Assembly (NCBI GenBank): GCA_951406725.2
Contig: OX597836.1
Span: forward strand, 29,264,001 to 29,328,000
Source of the DNA: Octopus vulgaris
Lineage: Eukaryota
Direction of reading: 5' to 3'
Length of the DNA stretch: 64,000 nt
Of this stretch, positions 26,015 through 38,844 are shown in pieces. Within the stretch, counting starts at the first letter, position 1; every line of letters starts with the position of its first letter. A program made the translations under genes and the position numbers. The notes beneath the pieces were generated by a model, which had not been told where the DNA came from, searched no databases, and saw nothing but the letters and a program-made list of their open reading frames with translations.

Positions 26015-27127
26015 ACAAACACACACACGCACGCACGCATATATACACATGACAGGCTTCTTTCAGTTTTCGTCTACCAAATCCACTCACAAGGCTTTGG
26101 TCAGCCCGAAGCTATAGTAGAAGACACTTGCCCAAGTTACCATGCAGTGGGACTGAACCTGGAACCATGTGGTTGGTAAGCAAGATACTTACCACACAGC
26201 CACTCCTGCACCTATATAAGATTTTATTGTATTGAGGAAATTGGACAGTTCATTATCTCAATGTGGCAAATGATTTTATATAAGAGGTTATATAGTATTC
26301 AAAGATAGTATGTATATGTTGGGAAGTTTTCTACTAGGGGTTGGAGGTGGGGGTAAGGTAGGTTTGTTTGTTTATAGCTTCCTTGGTTTCCCTTGGGTTT
26401 ATTTGGCTTTTATATTCATTCAATGTCTATGTGTGTGTTTGTGTGTGAAGGTAGATGGGTGTGTGTGTGTGTGTCTTGTGATATTGCTGAGCCAGGTGTA
26501 TGATGAATTAGAAGCGGATTGTAAATGATTTTATTTTTAGAAATCAGGTGTGAAATCATTTCCTTAGGGTACCATGTATTTGTGTGTGTGTGTATGTCTG
26601 TGTATGCACATATATGCATGTGCGTGTGTGTGTATGTGTGTGTGTGTAAATGGAATTTTAATGGATGAAAAATAATTGAGGTATATGTAGCTATGAGGTC
26701 AAAAGGTGATAGTTAGCTGTAGTCCCAACCCTTTGCCTTTCCTGTATGTTTCTCGCTTGTGATGTACAGGACTTATTCCCCTGGCGTCCATATATCATAT
26801 ATGATACACACTCCCAGTTTATCTCAGCCTCCGGAATAACTTTGGATATATGAAAGGAAAACTTTATATTCCTCAGAACGTATGAAATAAGCACTAATGT
26901 TTGTGTGTGTGTGTATGTCATTATTCAGTTTATTTCAAGATTTCTTGCCAATAGAGAAAGAACCGGTTTCTAACCTAGATCCAAGGTTCCTTTGTTGGAA
27001 TTTCAACATCAACAACAGGGTATTTTTGTTTGTATGCATGCATGCATGTATGTATGTATGTATGTATGTATGTATGTATGTATGTATGTATGTATGTATG
27101 TATGTATGTATGCATGCATGCATATAT

Positions 27128-27545
27128 AGGTGCAGGAGTGGCTGTCTGGTAAGTAGCTTGCTTTCTAACCACATGGTTCCGGATTCAGTCCCACTCACTG
27201 CGTGGCACCTTGGGCAAGTATCTTCTACTATAGCCTCAGGCTGACCAAAGCCTTGTGAGTGGATTTGGTAGACAGAAACTGAAAGAAGCCCATCGTATAT
27301 ATGTGTGTGTGTGTGTGTATGTATATGTATGCATGTGTATGTTTGTGTGTCTGTGTTTGTCCCCCCAGCATTGCTTGACAACCGATGCTGGTGTGTTTAC
27401 GTCCCCGTAACTTAGTGGTTCGGCAAAAGAGACCGATAGAATAAGCACTAGGCTTACAAAGACTAAGTTCTGGGGTCGATTTGCTCGACTAAAAGGCGGT
27501 GCTCCAGCATGGCCACTGTCAAATGACTGAAACAAGTAAAAGAAT
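27128..27545 (+). repeat. SINE family A, full-length copy, inverted relative to 25780-26215
   Basis: Same consensus as 18961-19372. Confidence 0.85.
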
Positions 27546-27721
27546 ACATGTGTAGTGCATCATGTGAATCACAGGACACTTGGCTGATAATGTAAGGTTT
27601 CAAAAACTAAAATATATATTGCCCACCAACTGAATCAAAATCATAACACAGAAAATTATCTTAGTCCTTTGCTTGTCCTTATTACATGTGATACACAGGT
27701 CATATTTCTCTAGCGTCCATA

Positions 27722-28106
27722 TCTTTATATATAAAACTAAAGTTGTGCGTCTGTCTCCTACGATTTAGATTCCTAACTACTCCCACATTTTGCGGTGCAG
27801 TGTAACCAAAAGTGGGTATCTTATAGTTGTGATTCATATCGAGCCCTTCTGGGTATTAGTGCGCGTCTACGATGAGTCTATGATTAAAAAAAAAATTTAC
27901 CATCATTTTTTTCCCATTTTTTTGCTATTATATAAGGGAAGTAACTCTCTAAAAATGTATTATTAAATCTCAGAACGTAAAAAGCTACAGTAACACCCCA
28001 CTTTGTGGTTAGCCATATTGAGATGGCTATTATACTTTACATCTCTAAAAATGCTTATATAGTTATTTCCCTTACAAACCCGAGCAACGCCGGGCGATAC
28101 TGCTAG
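27722..28106 (+). mobile_element. Non-autonomous Helitron
   Basis: Inserted between A and T; 5' TCTTTATATATAAAA; subterminal hairpin CCCGAGCAACGCCGGG; 3' CTAG. Confidence 0.85.
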
Positions 28107-29228
28107 TATCATATAATACAGATTTCCAATTTATTTCAGTGACCAGAGTAACTTGGGACTTATGAAAGGAAGGCTTTATATTACTCAGAACTTATGAAAC
28201 AAGGGCTAACTAAAAGTCTGAAAACAAGCATGGATGTTTAGGGGACTAACTGGTGAAAATGCTTCGGACAAGTAAAGGGTTCATTCTCATTAGAATGCCA
28301 GTGCATGTTGGGAAATGTGTGTGTGTATGCAGAATGGTAGTACAGTCTTTAGACTGGAGATGATGTTTTGAAAAGTTAGGATCATGGCAGATGTTGGTGT
28401 GGAGTTCATGTGTATGAGTTTAGCAGATGTAGCTAGTTTTTAAGGATTAAGAAAAATAAATTTGCCTAATTATTAGATTAGGTTAGAGAGGTATTAAGCC
28501 TAATTATGAGATATCTTTTATCTCTTGCTTGTTTCAGTCAATAGACTGTGGCCATACTGAAGCATCACCTTAAAGAATTTTATTCAAATGAATTGACCCT
28601 ACTACCTTTTTTCTTTTAAAACCTGATACTTATTTGCCGAACCACTAAGTTATGGGGACACACCAACACCAGTTGTGAAGCGGTGATGGGGGACAAAAAC
28701 AGATGCAAAGATGCAAATATATATATGTTTGTGTGTTTGTGTTTGTCCCCCCAACATGCTGGAGTGTTTACATCCCTGTAACTTATTGGTTCGGCAAAAG
28801 AGACCAATAGAACAAGTACTAGTCTTACAAAGAATAAGTCCTGGGGTCGATTTGCTCAACTAAAAAGGTGGTGCTCCAGCATGGCCACAGTCAAATGACT
28901 GAAACAAGTAAAAGAATAAAAGAATAGTTAGGAAATGGTTGGGAATCATTGGTTTAACCCTTTTAGTATTCAGGTTTCTTTGCCCAGTTTATTGCTCATT
29001 TATTCACATTGGTTTGAATTAATCACACATTACCTTTTAGTTTCAAGATCACGGTAGTGTGCTTGTGTATTTTTAGCATGACATTGCAGGGTAAGTGTGA
29101 GAAGTTGGATCTTTTCTCATAAAGCAGGTAGAATATTTGGAACAGATATGGCTGGTTTAAATGCTAAATGGTTAAATAAATGTGAAATAATAAGTTCTTT
29201 TTTTTTCTCTTTTATTCTTTAATTTCAG

Positions 29229-29324
29229 CATGACTGCTGTCCTATCCATGTGGCGTCTCAAGGGAAAATGGAAATTGTGAAGATGTTATTGGAAGCCGGT
29301 AGCAAAGTTAATGTAAAAGACAAT
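29229..29324 (+). CDS. Ankyrin-repeat gene, coding exon 2 (HDCCPIHVASQGKMEIVKMLLEAGSKVNVKDN)
   Basis: Long polypyrimidine tract plus ttcag acceptor; 96 nt phase 0-0; ankyrin consensus P.H.A..G..EIVK.LLEAG..VN.KD; donor gtaagt. Confidence 0.93.
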
Positions 29325-29685
29325 GTAAGTTTTCCAGGTAAAACTTTATAGAAATGAGAAAATAGTGGAGTGAGATAAATGCTCGTACAGGTTAGACTGC
29401 TTAAATCTGGCCCCATCAACTCCGAGGGGCCAGCACATTCTGAATCTCTATCCATTTGTTTGGGGTTTTTATTACTTTATATTACAAAAAAGAGCAATAA
29501 TAAAAACACCTGTTTGGAAGAATTCTTAGTTATTTCCTGTTTTTGGCCTTGTTCTCATCATCTGGATTTGACAAGACATCAAGCGTATATGTGAAATGAG
29601 ATGGCTATGCTGGGATGGCATGGTTGTAGTTAAAGAATTGCTTCAAGAAAAGCTAGTTTAAAAAAACATTTACAATAAAATGACT

Positions 29686-29723
<38 letters not shown>

Positions 29724-30845
29724 AAGAGGATTTTGCCAATTGTTGACTGGTAATTTCCATAACTAAATGATTAAAATTTAGTGGTATTTTTAAATGGAGG
29801 ACAATAGACTACATCATATATATGTGTGTGTGTATATATATATATATATATACAAAATTAGAAAAAAAACACCTTTTATCAATTCAAAATGAACAATTAA
29901 ATTACACCATCTAGAAAATTACATATAATAGAAATATTAAAATTTTAATAACAATAAAATGTCAATGATTAAGTAACTTGCAAAAAAAATAATAAAAACG
30001 TATATAATTGGTAGAATAACGACATGTTTTTTTTGCTAATTTTATATATATATATTATATTGTGTGAAATTTGATTTAATATTTCTAAATTGAATTTTTT
30101 TCCTTATAAGTTTGGATTTTATTCCCTCAATAATAATTATTATATATATATATATATATATACATTCCATGGATCTGTTATTCTTTTGATTTGCTGCAAT
30201 TTTCGCCTATATTATAGTGAATGTTATGTCCATTTATATAAAACCGCTCGAAACAGGTGGTAATAAACAGTCGACAACTGAGGAGGAGTTGGACTTTCTT
30301 TGGTATTTTGTCCTATGTGTTTACATATTTTTCACTCATTGGTGATATCCCATACTTAATGTGTATTTTTTTTTTGCATTTGTCCTGTACTTATCTCTGT
30401 GTATTTATGTATTTTTCACTCACTGGTGATGTCTTGTACTTAATATGTATTTTTAATTTTATATACACACACACACACACGTTACAGGCTGATTTAGGGA
30501 GAGGAAAATAAAGAAAGGTAACTCTTCCTACCAAGTGTGTTAGATTTTGTATTTGGGTTGTTTTAAAGAATAACCAAAAAAGACAGAATATTTGTTTGAT
30601 AATTATACAATCATTTGAACAGAAATTAGCAGAGCTGTATTAAATGCTGTAATTAACAGTGGCTCTCTTGCATTTCTCCTTGGTCTGGCAATGGCCAAGT
30701 CCTAATGTTATTAGATTTAAGAGGTTTCAACTGGTGTTATAAAATAGTCATGTTTTTGTTTAAAATAAACTTTGTTCAATTGGATATACGAGCATATCAT
30801 AGAAAGGAAGTATTTAATTGTGTTTTTCTTTTTCATTTTCTCTAG

Positions 30846-30944
30846 CGTGGCAATCTTCCGTTACATCATGCTGCCATGAAGGGTCACACTGCAATTATCG
30901 ATATTTTGATGGAAAATGGTTCAGAAATAAACGTCCAAGATAAG
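30846..30944 (+). CDS. Ankyrin-repeat gene, coding exon 3 (RGNLPLHHAAMKGHTAIIDILMENGSEINVQDK)
   Basis: Polypyrimidine tract plus ctag acceptor; 99 nt equals one canonical 33-aa ankyrin repeat; donor AG/gtttgt. Confidence 0.95.
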
Positions 30945-32048
30945 GTTTGTAATTATCCTAGAATTGTTTGTTATTCAGAGTCTTTTATGCCTCCAGGACT
31001 GTAGTCCTCAAATGGAGAGTCCACGACAAAATTTTCTAAGTTCCACCAAAAAAAAAAAAACAAAACCATCAGCCATTTTGCAGTAGTATTAAACAATAAG
31101 GTTTGTTACTAAGGGTGGATTCCATGAAGGCTTATGGCTCAGTGGTTAAGGTTTTTAGCTGAAGATTGTAAGGGTGTTAATTTGATACCCTGCAGTGCCT
31201 TATGTTCTTGAGCAAGACATATTTTACATTACTCCAGTCCACTCATCATTGTTTATTGTTGTTTAACCTCTGCTTTCCATGCTGGCATGGGTTGGACGGT
31301 TTGACTGAGAACTAGCAAGCTGGGAGGCTGCACCAGGCACCAATCTGATCTGGCAAGGTTTCTTATTTCTTTATTGTCCACAAGGGGCTAAACACAGAGG
31401 CAAGAAACAAGAACAGGCAAAGGGATTAAGTCAATTACATTGACCCCAGTGCATAACTGGTATTTATCTGATCTGGCAAGGTTTCTACAGCTGAATGCCC
31501 TTCCTAAAATAATTAATTAATAAATATACTTTAATCATCATCATCATCATCAACGTTTAACGTCCGCTTTCCATGCTAGCATGGGTTGGACGGTTCAACT
31601 GGGGTCTGGCAAGCCCGAAGGCTGCACCAGGCCAGTCAGATCTGGCAGTGTTTCTACAGTTGGATGCCCTTCCTAACACCAACCACTCCGAGAGTGTAGT
31701 GGGTGATTTTATGTGCCACCGACACAGGTGCCAGACGAGGCTGGCGAACGGCCACGCTCGGATGGTGTTTTTTATGTGCCACCGACACAGGTGCCAGACG
31801 AGGCTGGCAGACGGCCACGCTCGGATGGTGTTTTTTATATATATATAAAATACTAAATATACTGAACCTGAGACCATAGGGTTGGGAAGCAAGTTTCTGA
31901 ACCACACAGCCATGCCTGCATTATGGAATTCCACATTACTGCAAGAATTTCATGTAACGCATTTCCATAGTGTGGGAGATTCCAGTATGAGAAAAAGGTG
32001 GGCTTATTTTGTTTGTTATTTCAGATTTTTCATTTTTGTGTTTTCCAG

Positions 32049-32147
32049 AATGGTTGGAGTCCTCTTCACTGCGCTGCGTATTGGTGCCATCTCGAAGCAG
32101 CCGAAGCTTTGATTGCCCACGGAGCTGATATCTCCCTTCTCAATAAG
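32049..32147 (+). CDS. Ankyrin-repeat gene, coding exon 4 (NGWSPLHCAAYWCHLEAAEALIAHGADISLLNK)
   Basis: ttttccag acceptor; 99 nt, one ankyrin repeat; donor AG/gtgctg. Confidence 0.95.
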
Positions 32148-32174
32148 GTGCTGATATTTCTTCTAACATATATT

Positions 32175-32668
32175 CACCCACCACCACCACCACAACTACC
32201 ACCACCACTACCACTACTACTATCACTACTACTACTAAACCACCACCACAACTACTACTACTACTACTAAACCACCACCACAACTACTACTACTACTACT
32301 AAACCACCACCACTACTACAACTACTACAAAACCAACACCACCACTACTACTACTAAACCACCACTACCACCACCATTACCACTACTACTACTACTACTA
32401 AACCACCACCACAACTACTACTACTAAACCACCACCTACTACTACTACTAAACTAAACCAACACCACCACTACTACTACTAAACCACCACTACCACCACC
32501 ACTACCACTACTACTACTACTACTAAACCACCACAACTACTACTACTACTACTACTAAACCAACACCACCACTACTACTACTAAACCACCACTACTACTA
32601 CTACTACTACCACTACTAAACTACCACCAACACTACTACTACTAAACCACCACCACCACTACTACTAC
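32175..32668. repeat. Compound (ACC)n/(ACT)n microsatellite with periodic AA interruptions
   Basis: Direct reading. Confidence 0.95.
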
Positions 32669-32948
32669 AAAGCAGTAAATATTTCAGATATTGAAATACT
32701 GTCATGTAATAAAATAATAGATGGAAAAGAGAAATGAGGAGAACTTCTAACAATGCAGAGGGAGGTAAGTTGTAAAAAAAAATCTTTATATATTTCAGGT
32801 GTAAAGGCCTGGCCCTGAGGATGGTTCTTTGTGCCTGAAATATATAAAGGTTTTTCAAATTTTCTCCCTGCATTGTTAGAAGCTTTCTTCCTTTCCCTTT
32901 TCATGTATCATTCTACTTCTTCAATCGAACTATAATGCTCTTGCTGTC

Positions 32949-32981
<33 letters not shown>

Positions 32982-32984
<3 letters not shown>

Positions 32985-33508
32985 GGTCAGGCAAAATGAT
33001 CTGACACATTTGTAGGTTAAATAAAGGCAAATGAAGTAAAGAAACAAAAAAGTGTTTTTATTTTTGAAAAGTACATATAATGCCATTTTGTTTCATTATG
33101 TTTTAAAAATTAAATCAGTCAAATGGGATCCATTATTGTCCACACACTGTCGAAGGCGTGTTATTTCATGTGGAATGGCAGTAATTTCTTGACGAATTGC
33201 ATCTTTAAGTTCTGGCGGTGCGAGGTCGGCCGGTTGATTTTCGTTTCAATGCAGATCCAGTAGCTCTGAAGTTGGTAACCCATAACAAGATCGTGTTTCG
33301 AGCTGGTTCGGGATCATGTCTACCAAGATTGAAGTGCAAACGGAACGCTCTTTGTGTTGCAGTTACAGAATCGTTTGTTTTGATAAACGTTTCCACAATG
33401 AAAGTGCGATGCTCACCAGTCCAATTCATGGCAGCAACTGAAAAAGAAACGAAAAACAATGCCTTTTATTTAACCTACAAATGTGTCAGATCATTTTGCC
33501 TGACCCTG
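32982..33508 (-). mobile_element. Tc1/mariner-superfamily (rosa/maT-type) internal deletion derivative, 527 bp
   Basis: TA-flanked about 44-bp perfect TIRs CAGGGTCAGGCAAAATGATCTGACACATTTGTAGGTTAAATAAA; N-terminal HTH ORF MNWTGEHRTFIVETF...GRPRTART (33429-33205) joined to the C-terminal remnant ELKDAIRQEITAIP..RLRQCVDNNGSHLTDLIFKT. Confidence 0.9.
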
Positions 33509-34114
33509 TATATATAACTAATAATATAGGATTAAATATTTTTCAGAAAAAATTTCATCAAAAGTGGCAGCATATTAAAATACCTATAAAGGTTAAAATT
33601 ATTAACATCTTATAAACAAGGGCAATAGAAAAATTATTTCAATGCCAATATGCTAAGAACAGACTTTAAATCATCAATTTGACGATTTAAAGTCTGTTTT
33701 CAGCATATTATTATGTTTTGGATAACATTTGCATATTTGATTTTAAAGTTATTCTTTATTCTTTTTAAGAGGAAGGGCAAGCTGCAGATGCAGAGAATGT
33801 TGAACAGGATTTTGAAAATAGCATGGAAACGTTTTTGTTATCTAGGAGACATGTTAGCCCCCTTTTTTTAACACAAAACATAAAGACATGAAATGCCATT
33901 AAGCATTTTGTCTGGAATGCTAAGAAGTCTGCCAACTTGTTGCCTTCAGCAAAGCTAGAAATAATAGCATACAAAATATTGGGTTAAAAAACAAAAAAAT
34001 TATTTGCTTCAAGATGTAGTTTTCCAAAAAGAATAAAAATTCCTTTTTTTTTTATTTTTTTTTATTGAATAGTACATATTTTAACTTCAGTTCGTTTCCC
34101 CCTTTCTTTTGTAG

Positions 34115-34243
34115 GATGAAAGGTCTGCTTTACATGAGACTTGTCGGAGTCCTGAAGATGATGAAAGTAAGCTTGGCAAAATTGCCAACCTCTTTATCGC
34201 AAAAGGCTCTGATGTTAATGCGAAGAGCAGCGATGAAGGGGAG
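34115..34243 (+). CDS. Ankyrin-repeat gene, coding exon 5 (DERSALHETCRSPEDDESKLGKIANLFIAKGSDVNAKSSDEGE)
   Basis: ctttcttttgtag acceptor; 129 nt phase 0-0; ankyrin repeat with acidic insertions; donor gtaagc. Confidence 0.9.
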
Positions 34244-35861
34244 GTAAGCAAATTGGTAAGAGAAGCACGGTTTCTTGGTCTGCTGCCAACCTAGACGCAT
34301 GCTTTGCCTCTGGACAATGTCAGCAGGTAGAAAAGTGCTTTTTGAGCTATGCTTATGTTTAATAAGCTGTCCTTTTTTTTTTTTTAAACATTTTTTTTGT
34401 AAATTATTAAATTTAATTTAAGAGTTTTACATCCTATAGGCAGAGATGGAGTCAGCTGATTACTAAAAATATTATTAAACTATTGTTGTGATTAATTAGC
34501 ATGGCTTATAATTTTTTTAATTGTGAAATAATAACAATAGACATTATTTTGTCAGTGTCTAAGAGTCAAGTGATATTTCTAGCAAAATGTTAATATTGTT
34601 TAATATACAACTGTGTTGTTTTATAGTCTCAGTGCTTTGCCTTAATACGTTACTCAAACGAATCAAACTAATGCTACAAAGTCTGTTGATTGACTTGTAT
34701 TGACTGGTATTGACTGGTACTAATCTGTAGAACTAAGCATTTATAATTAAATCTTTCCTCTCATTTACATATTAACGATATGATTAATATGTACAGAATG
34801 TTCAGATGAATTTACTTTAATAACTGGTTGTTTTCTTCATACGTATAAGTGAAGTGGCAGGCTCCATGGCAACTAACAATTGGTCTGTGTCAGCGAACAG
34901 TAAGTACAAAAAGTTCACAAAGTGGAGAATAAGTTAGTTTGCTGTGTGGAAAAGGAAAGATCTGACAGCTCAGACTGGGCCCTTCACTGGAGAAGATCTT
35001 TTCATCGGGTGAAAGACCCTGTTGAAAGTGCAAGATCTCTTCTCTTCCTTGCAACAAATTAATATTCTCTGTTTTGGGAAATTTTTGTTCTTCATACATC
35101 ATAGGATGGAAGGCTTTTTATTTTTCTTGAAATCTTTATATCTCTATAATATCAAATATGTTGGTCGATTATTATTATCTCAGAAAACTTATCCCTCTTA
35201 TAATAAATGCCATTGTGTATTTATATATTTCATGTCAAGCAAAGAAAGATAATGCCAATGTTATTGGGGTTATTTCCCTTGATTAATATATTACATGTTT
35301 GTGTGTGTGTTAATGTGGCAATTTCATATTTCATATAGAGTTTTAAAACTTACAGCAAAAGTGTTACACTTTCTAATTATCTATATACTATTAACAATCA
35401 GAATCTGTATTTCTGTTTGTGTCTGTCAGGATATTAGCAAACAAGCAGGTTTCCACTAACATACTAACATACTCTTAAACATAAACCCCTTTGCCTAAAG
35501 TAACTTCTAGTATATTTCTGGGTCCTGGGACCTTAAAAAACAGAAGAATTTGTAACACAGAAAAAAATGATTTCCATCTCTTTATAAAGATGTATGAGAA
35601 TGAGAGAGAATGGGAATAGTCAGTTACAAAAAAAAATAATAATAAAAATAAATAAATAAATGGCGATGCCCCAGCATGGCCACAGCTCATGAGCTGAAAC
35701 TGGAAAAATCAAAATCAAAATCAAATAAAAGGAGTTGAAAAGAAAACAAGGTAAAGAGTTGGAAGTGAAAATGAAAACAAAAAAATTTATGACTGCCAGA
35801 GATGCATAGAGAGAGTGAGAAGCATTTATAAGAGTTACAGCTGCTATCGTAATGATGTGTA

Positions 35862-36432
35862 CAGTCGTGGCCTAAAGTCTGGAACATAGGTCTGAAAATT
35901 AGAATTTTTATATTAAATACCCAAATATATACATACGTTGTATATATTTGAATCGAATTGTATATTCTTTACTCTTTTATTTGTTTCAGTCATTTGACTG
36001 CGGCTATGCTGGAGCACTGCCTTTAGTCGAAGGAATCAACCCCAGGACTTATTCTTTGTGAGCCTAGTACTTATTGTATCGGTCTCTTTTGCCGAACTGC
36101 TAAGTGACAGGAACGTAAACACTCCAGCATCGGTTGTCAAGTGATGTTGGGGGGACAAACACAGACACACAAACATATACACATACATATACATATACAT
36201 ATACATATATATATATATACGATGAGCTTCTTTCAGTTTCCGTCTACCAAATCCACTCACAAGGCTTTGGTTGGCCCGAGGCTATAGTAGAAGACACTTG
36301 CTACACAGTGGGACTGAACCCGGAACCATGTAGTTGGTAAGCAAGCTACTTACCACACAGCCATTCCTGCACCTATGTGGGCATAACAATTTTAATTTTT
36401 ATAAAAATGTTCCAAACTTTAGGCCATGACTA
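35862..36432. mobile_element. Tc1-type MITE with nested SINE
   Basis: TA-flanked TIRs CAGTCGTGGCCTAAAGT.TGGAACA and TGTTCCAAACTTTAGGCCATGACTA; family A SINE (35965-36375, minus) inside. Confidence 0.75.
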
Positions 36433-36849
36433 TATATGCAAAATGGTGAGCTGGCAGAATAGTTAGCTGGGCAAAATGCTTAGCGACATTTTGTCTGTCT
36501 TTATGTTCTGAGTTTGAATTCTGCTTTGCCCTTCATCCTTTCAGGGTTGATGAAATAAGTAGATAGTTTCATCCGAATTCATCCAGCAGTTCTTGAGATA
36601 TCTTGTCCATGGACAAACAAACAAACGCAAATGAAAGACTATACCTCCACCTTTGCTAAGGCGGAGGTAATAAAGCTGAAGTAAAGGGCAAATATATAGT
36701 GTATGTGTTTAATTGGCAAAATATGTCCATACCCTAAGTGCTGCGGGCCAATGTAATCAACTTGGCCCCTCCCTCAAAACTGCTGGCCTTGTGCCAAAAT
36801 TTGATGCCAATGATGTTTATATGCATGTATACACATACATTTACCTACA

Positions 36850-37130
36850 CCTGAAGATCAGGGGGTCTCTCCAGGTAGAACTGCTCCTTCTCCACATTGA
36901 GAGATCACAGTTCCACTGTTACAGACATGTGATTTAGGAAATTACAAGAAAGAATTGCAAGACAGATTCTTCAAGCCAAACCAACCAACAGGAGACCTAG
37001 GGAGGAAACCAAGAATGAGATGGTTGGATAACATCCCTAGTCTCAGTTTATGATACTTGGGAATCCAGCTGGAAAATGCTGTGACAGTCGCTTCTAATGG
37101 AACCCTATGGAAGAAGTGCCTGAGATTATT
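36850..37130 (+). mobile_element. RTE (Expander/Rex3-like) 3' fragment; a related copy lies at about 38115-38380
   Basis: VELLLLHIERSQ...HVI and LGIQLEN..VAS..TLWKK; two diverged copies. Confidence 0.65.
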
Positions 37131-38526
37131 AGCATGCTCTGTAATCCTTTTCTGTGTGATAGATATGACAAGGCAGAGGTGTGGCTGTGTGGTAAGAAAT
37201 GTGCTTCGCAACCACATGGTTTTAGGTTCAGCCCTACTGCATGCCACCAACGGCAAGTGGCTTCTACTATAGCCCCAAGTCAATTAAAGCTATGTAAGGG
37301 GATTTCATAGATGGAAACTGAAAGAAGCCAATGATATATTCATATATGTATATATATATATATGTGTGTGTGTATGAATATGTGTGTGTCTATGTGTTTA
37401 TGCCTGTCTCTTTCCCCCTTGCTTACAACTGGTGTTGGTTTGTTTACCTCACCATGACATAGTCGCTCAGTGAAAGAGACCGTTAGAACAAGTACTGCAC
37501 TTTAAAAAATAAGTATGGTATCGAATTGTTCGACTAAAACCTCTCAAGGTGGTGCCCCAGTATGGCCACATTCCTACAATTGAAACAAGTAAAAGATAAA
37601 AGACATTAGTGGAAGATTCTGCTGGTTTCTGAGTTATGTATAAAAATGGAAGTTGCCAGCTGTATGAAATTCATGCATTGGCCAAACATCTACAACCCTG
37701 TAAATTCATTTGACAATGCACTTGCAAAAAGGAGTTATACTTAGCCTTTTGTACACTATACAAGACACACGAAAAAAATCATCTGATAGACAATTTGTGA
37801 TATTTATTAATTTTCATCATCATCATCATCATTTAATGCCTATTTTTAAACTGACATGGGTTGAATGGTTTGACAAGAGCTGGCAAGCTGGAGAGCTGCA
37901 CCAGGTTCCAGTCCTCTGTTTTGGCATGGTTCCTATGTCCGGATGCCCTTCTTAATGCCAAACCAACCTCTTTACAGAGTGTACTAGGTGCTTTTAATGT
38001 GACAGGTGCTTTTTACATGGCACCAGCACGGTGAATTTTAATCATTGAATTATAATTATTAATGATTTGATAGATTTAAATAACAATCATTCTCTTTTTG
38101 ATTGCTATTTGCTGCTATTTCTCTGCATTCAGAGGTCACAGCTCCAGTGCTATAGGTATGTGATCAAAATGTTTGCAGGAAAGAATCGCAAGAGGAATTT
38201 TTCAAGCTGTGCTGTAGGAATACACCAAGACCAAGACGGTTGGACAATGTCTATAGACTAAGTTGGTCCCACTTGGAAATCCAGCTGGAATGTGTAATGG
38301 CAGTTGCTTCTGATAGGACCCTATGGAAGAAGGGCCATAGGACTCTAATCCCATAACCCTCTTAGGATTAGTGGGCAGAGAAGACAGATTGATGGGGGTG
38401 GATTTGCAATGTTATCAGAGTTATTAATGAATTTAAATTTAATTTTAGATTGAATTTTAGAAAAAATGTTTAGTTCCATTTACAGAGAATTGGTTTCTAA
38501 TTAATTTCCTGTTTTCCCAAATTTAG

Positions 38527-38625
38527 GCTGATTTTACTCCTTTGATGTTTGCTGCTTACCATGGACATCCATGTGTTGCTCAAGCCTTGATTAATGCTGA
38601 CTGCGAGATCCAAGCCTATGGGACA
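38527..38625 (+). CDS. Ankyrin-repeat gene, coding exon 6 (ADFTPLMFAAYHGHPCVAQALINADCEIQAYGT)
   Basis: tttag acceptor; 99 nt; TPLMFAA..GH motif; donor gtaagt. Confidence 0.95.
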
Positions 38626-38844
38626 GTAAGTAATTTCTATTTTAGGTGTTGTTGTTGTTGTTATGTCACCTCTGATCAACTTCGTTTGAACACAAAGACA
38701 TTCCAGTCTTGTAATAGGGTTCATTCTCTCCCTCCCTCTCCTCTCTTCCTTTCTTTGCTGCTCTCTCTTCCCTCTATGCCCCTCCCTCTCTCTTCCTGTC
38801 TTTCCCCTTTTCTCTCTCTCCTACTCACACATACCCATACACAA

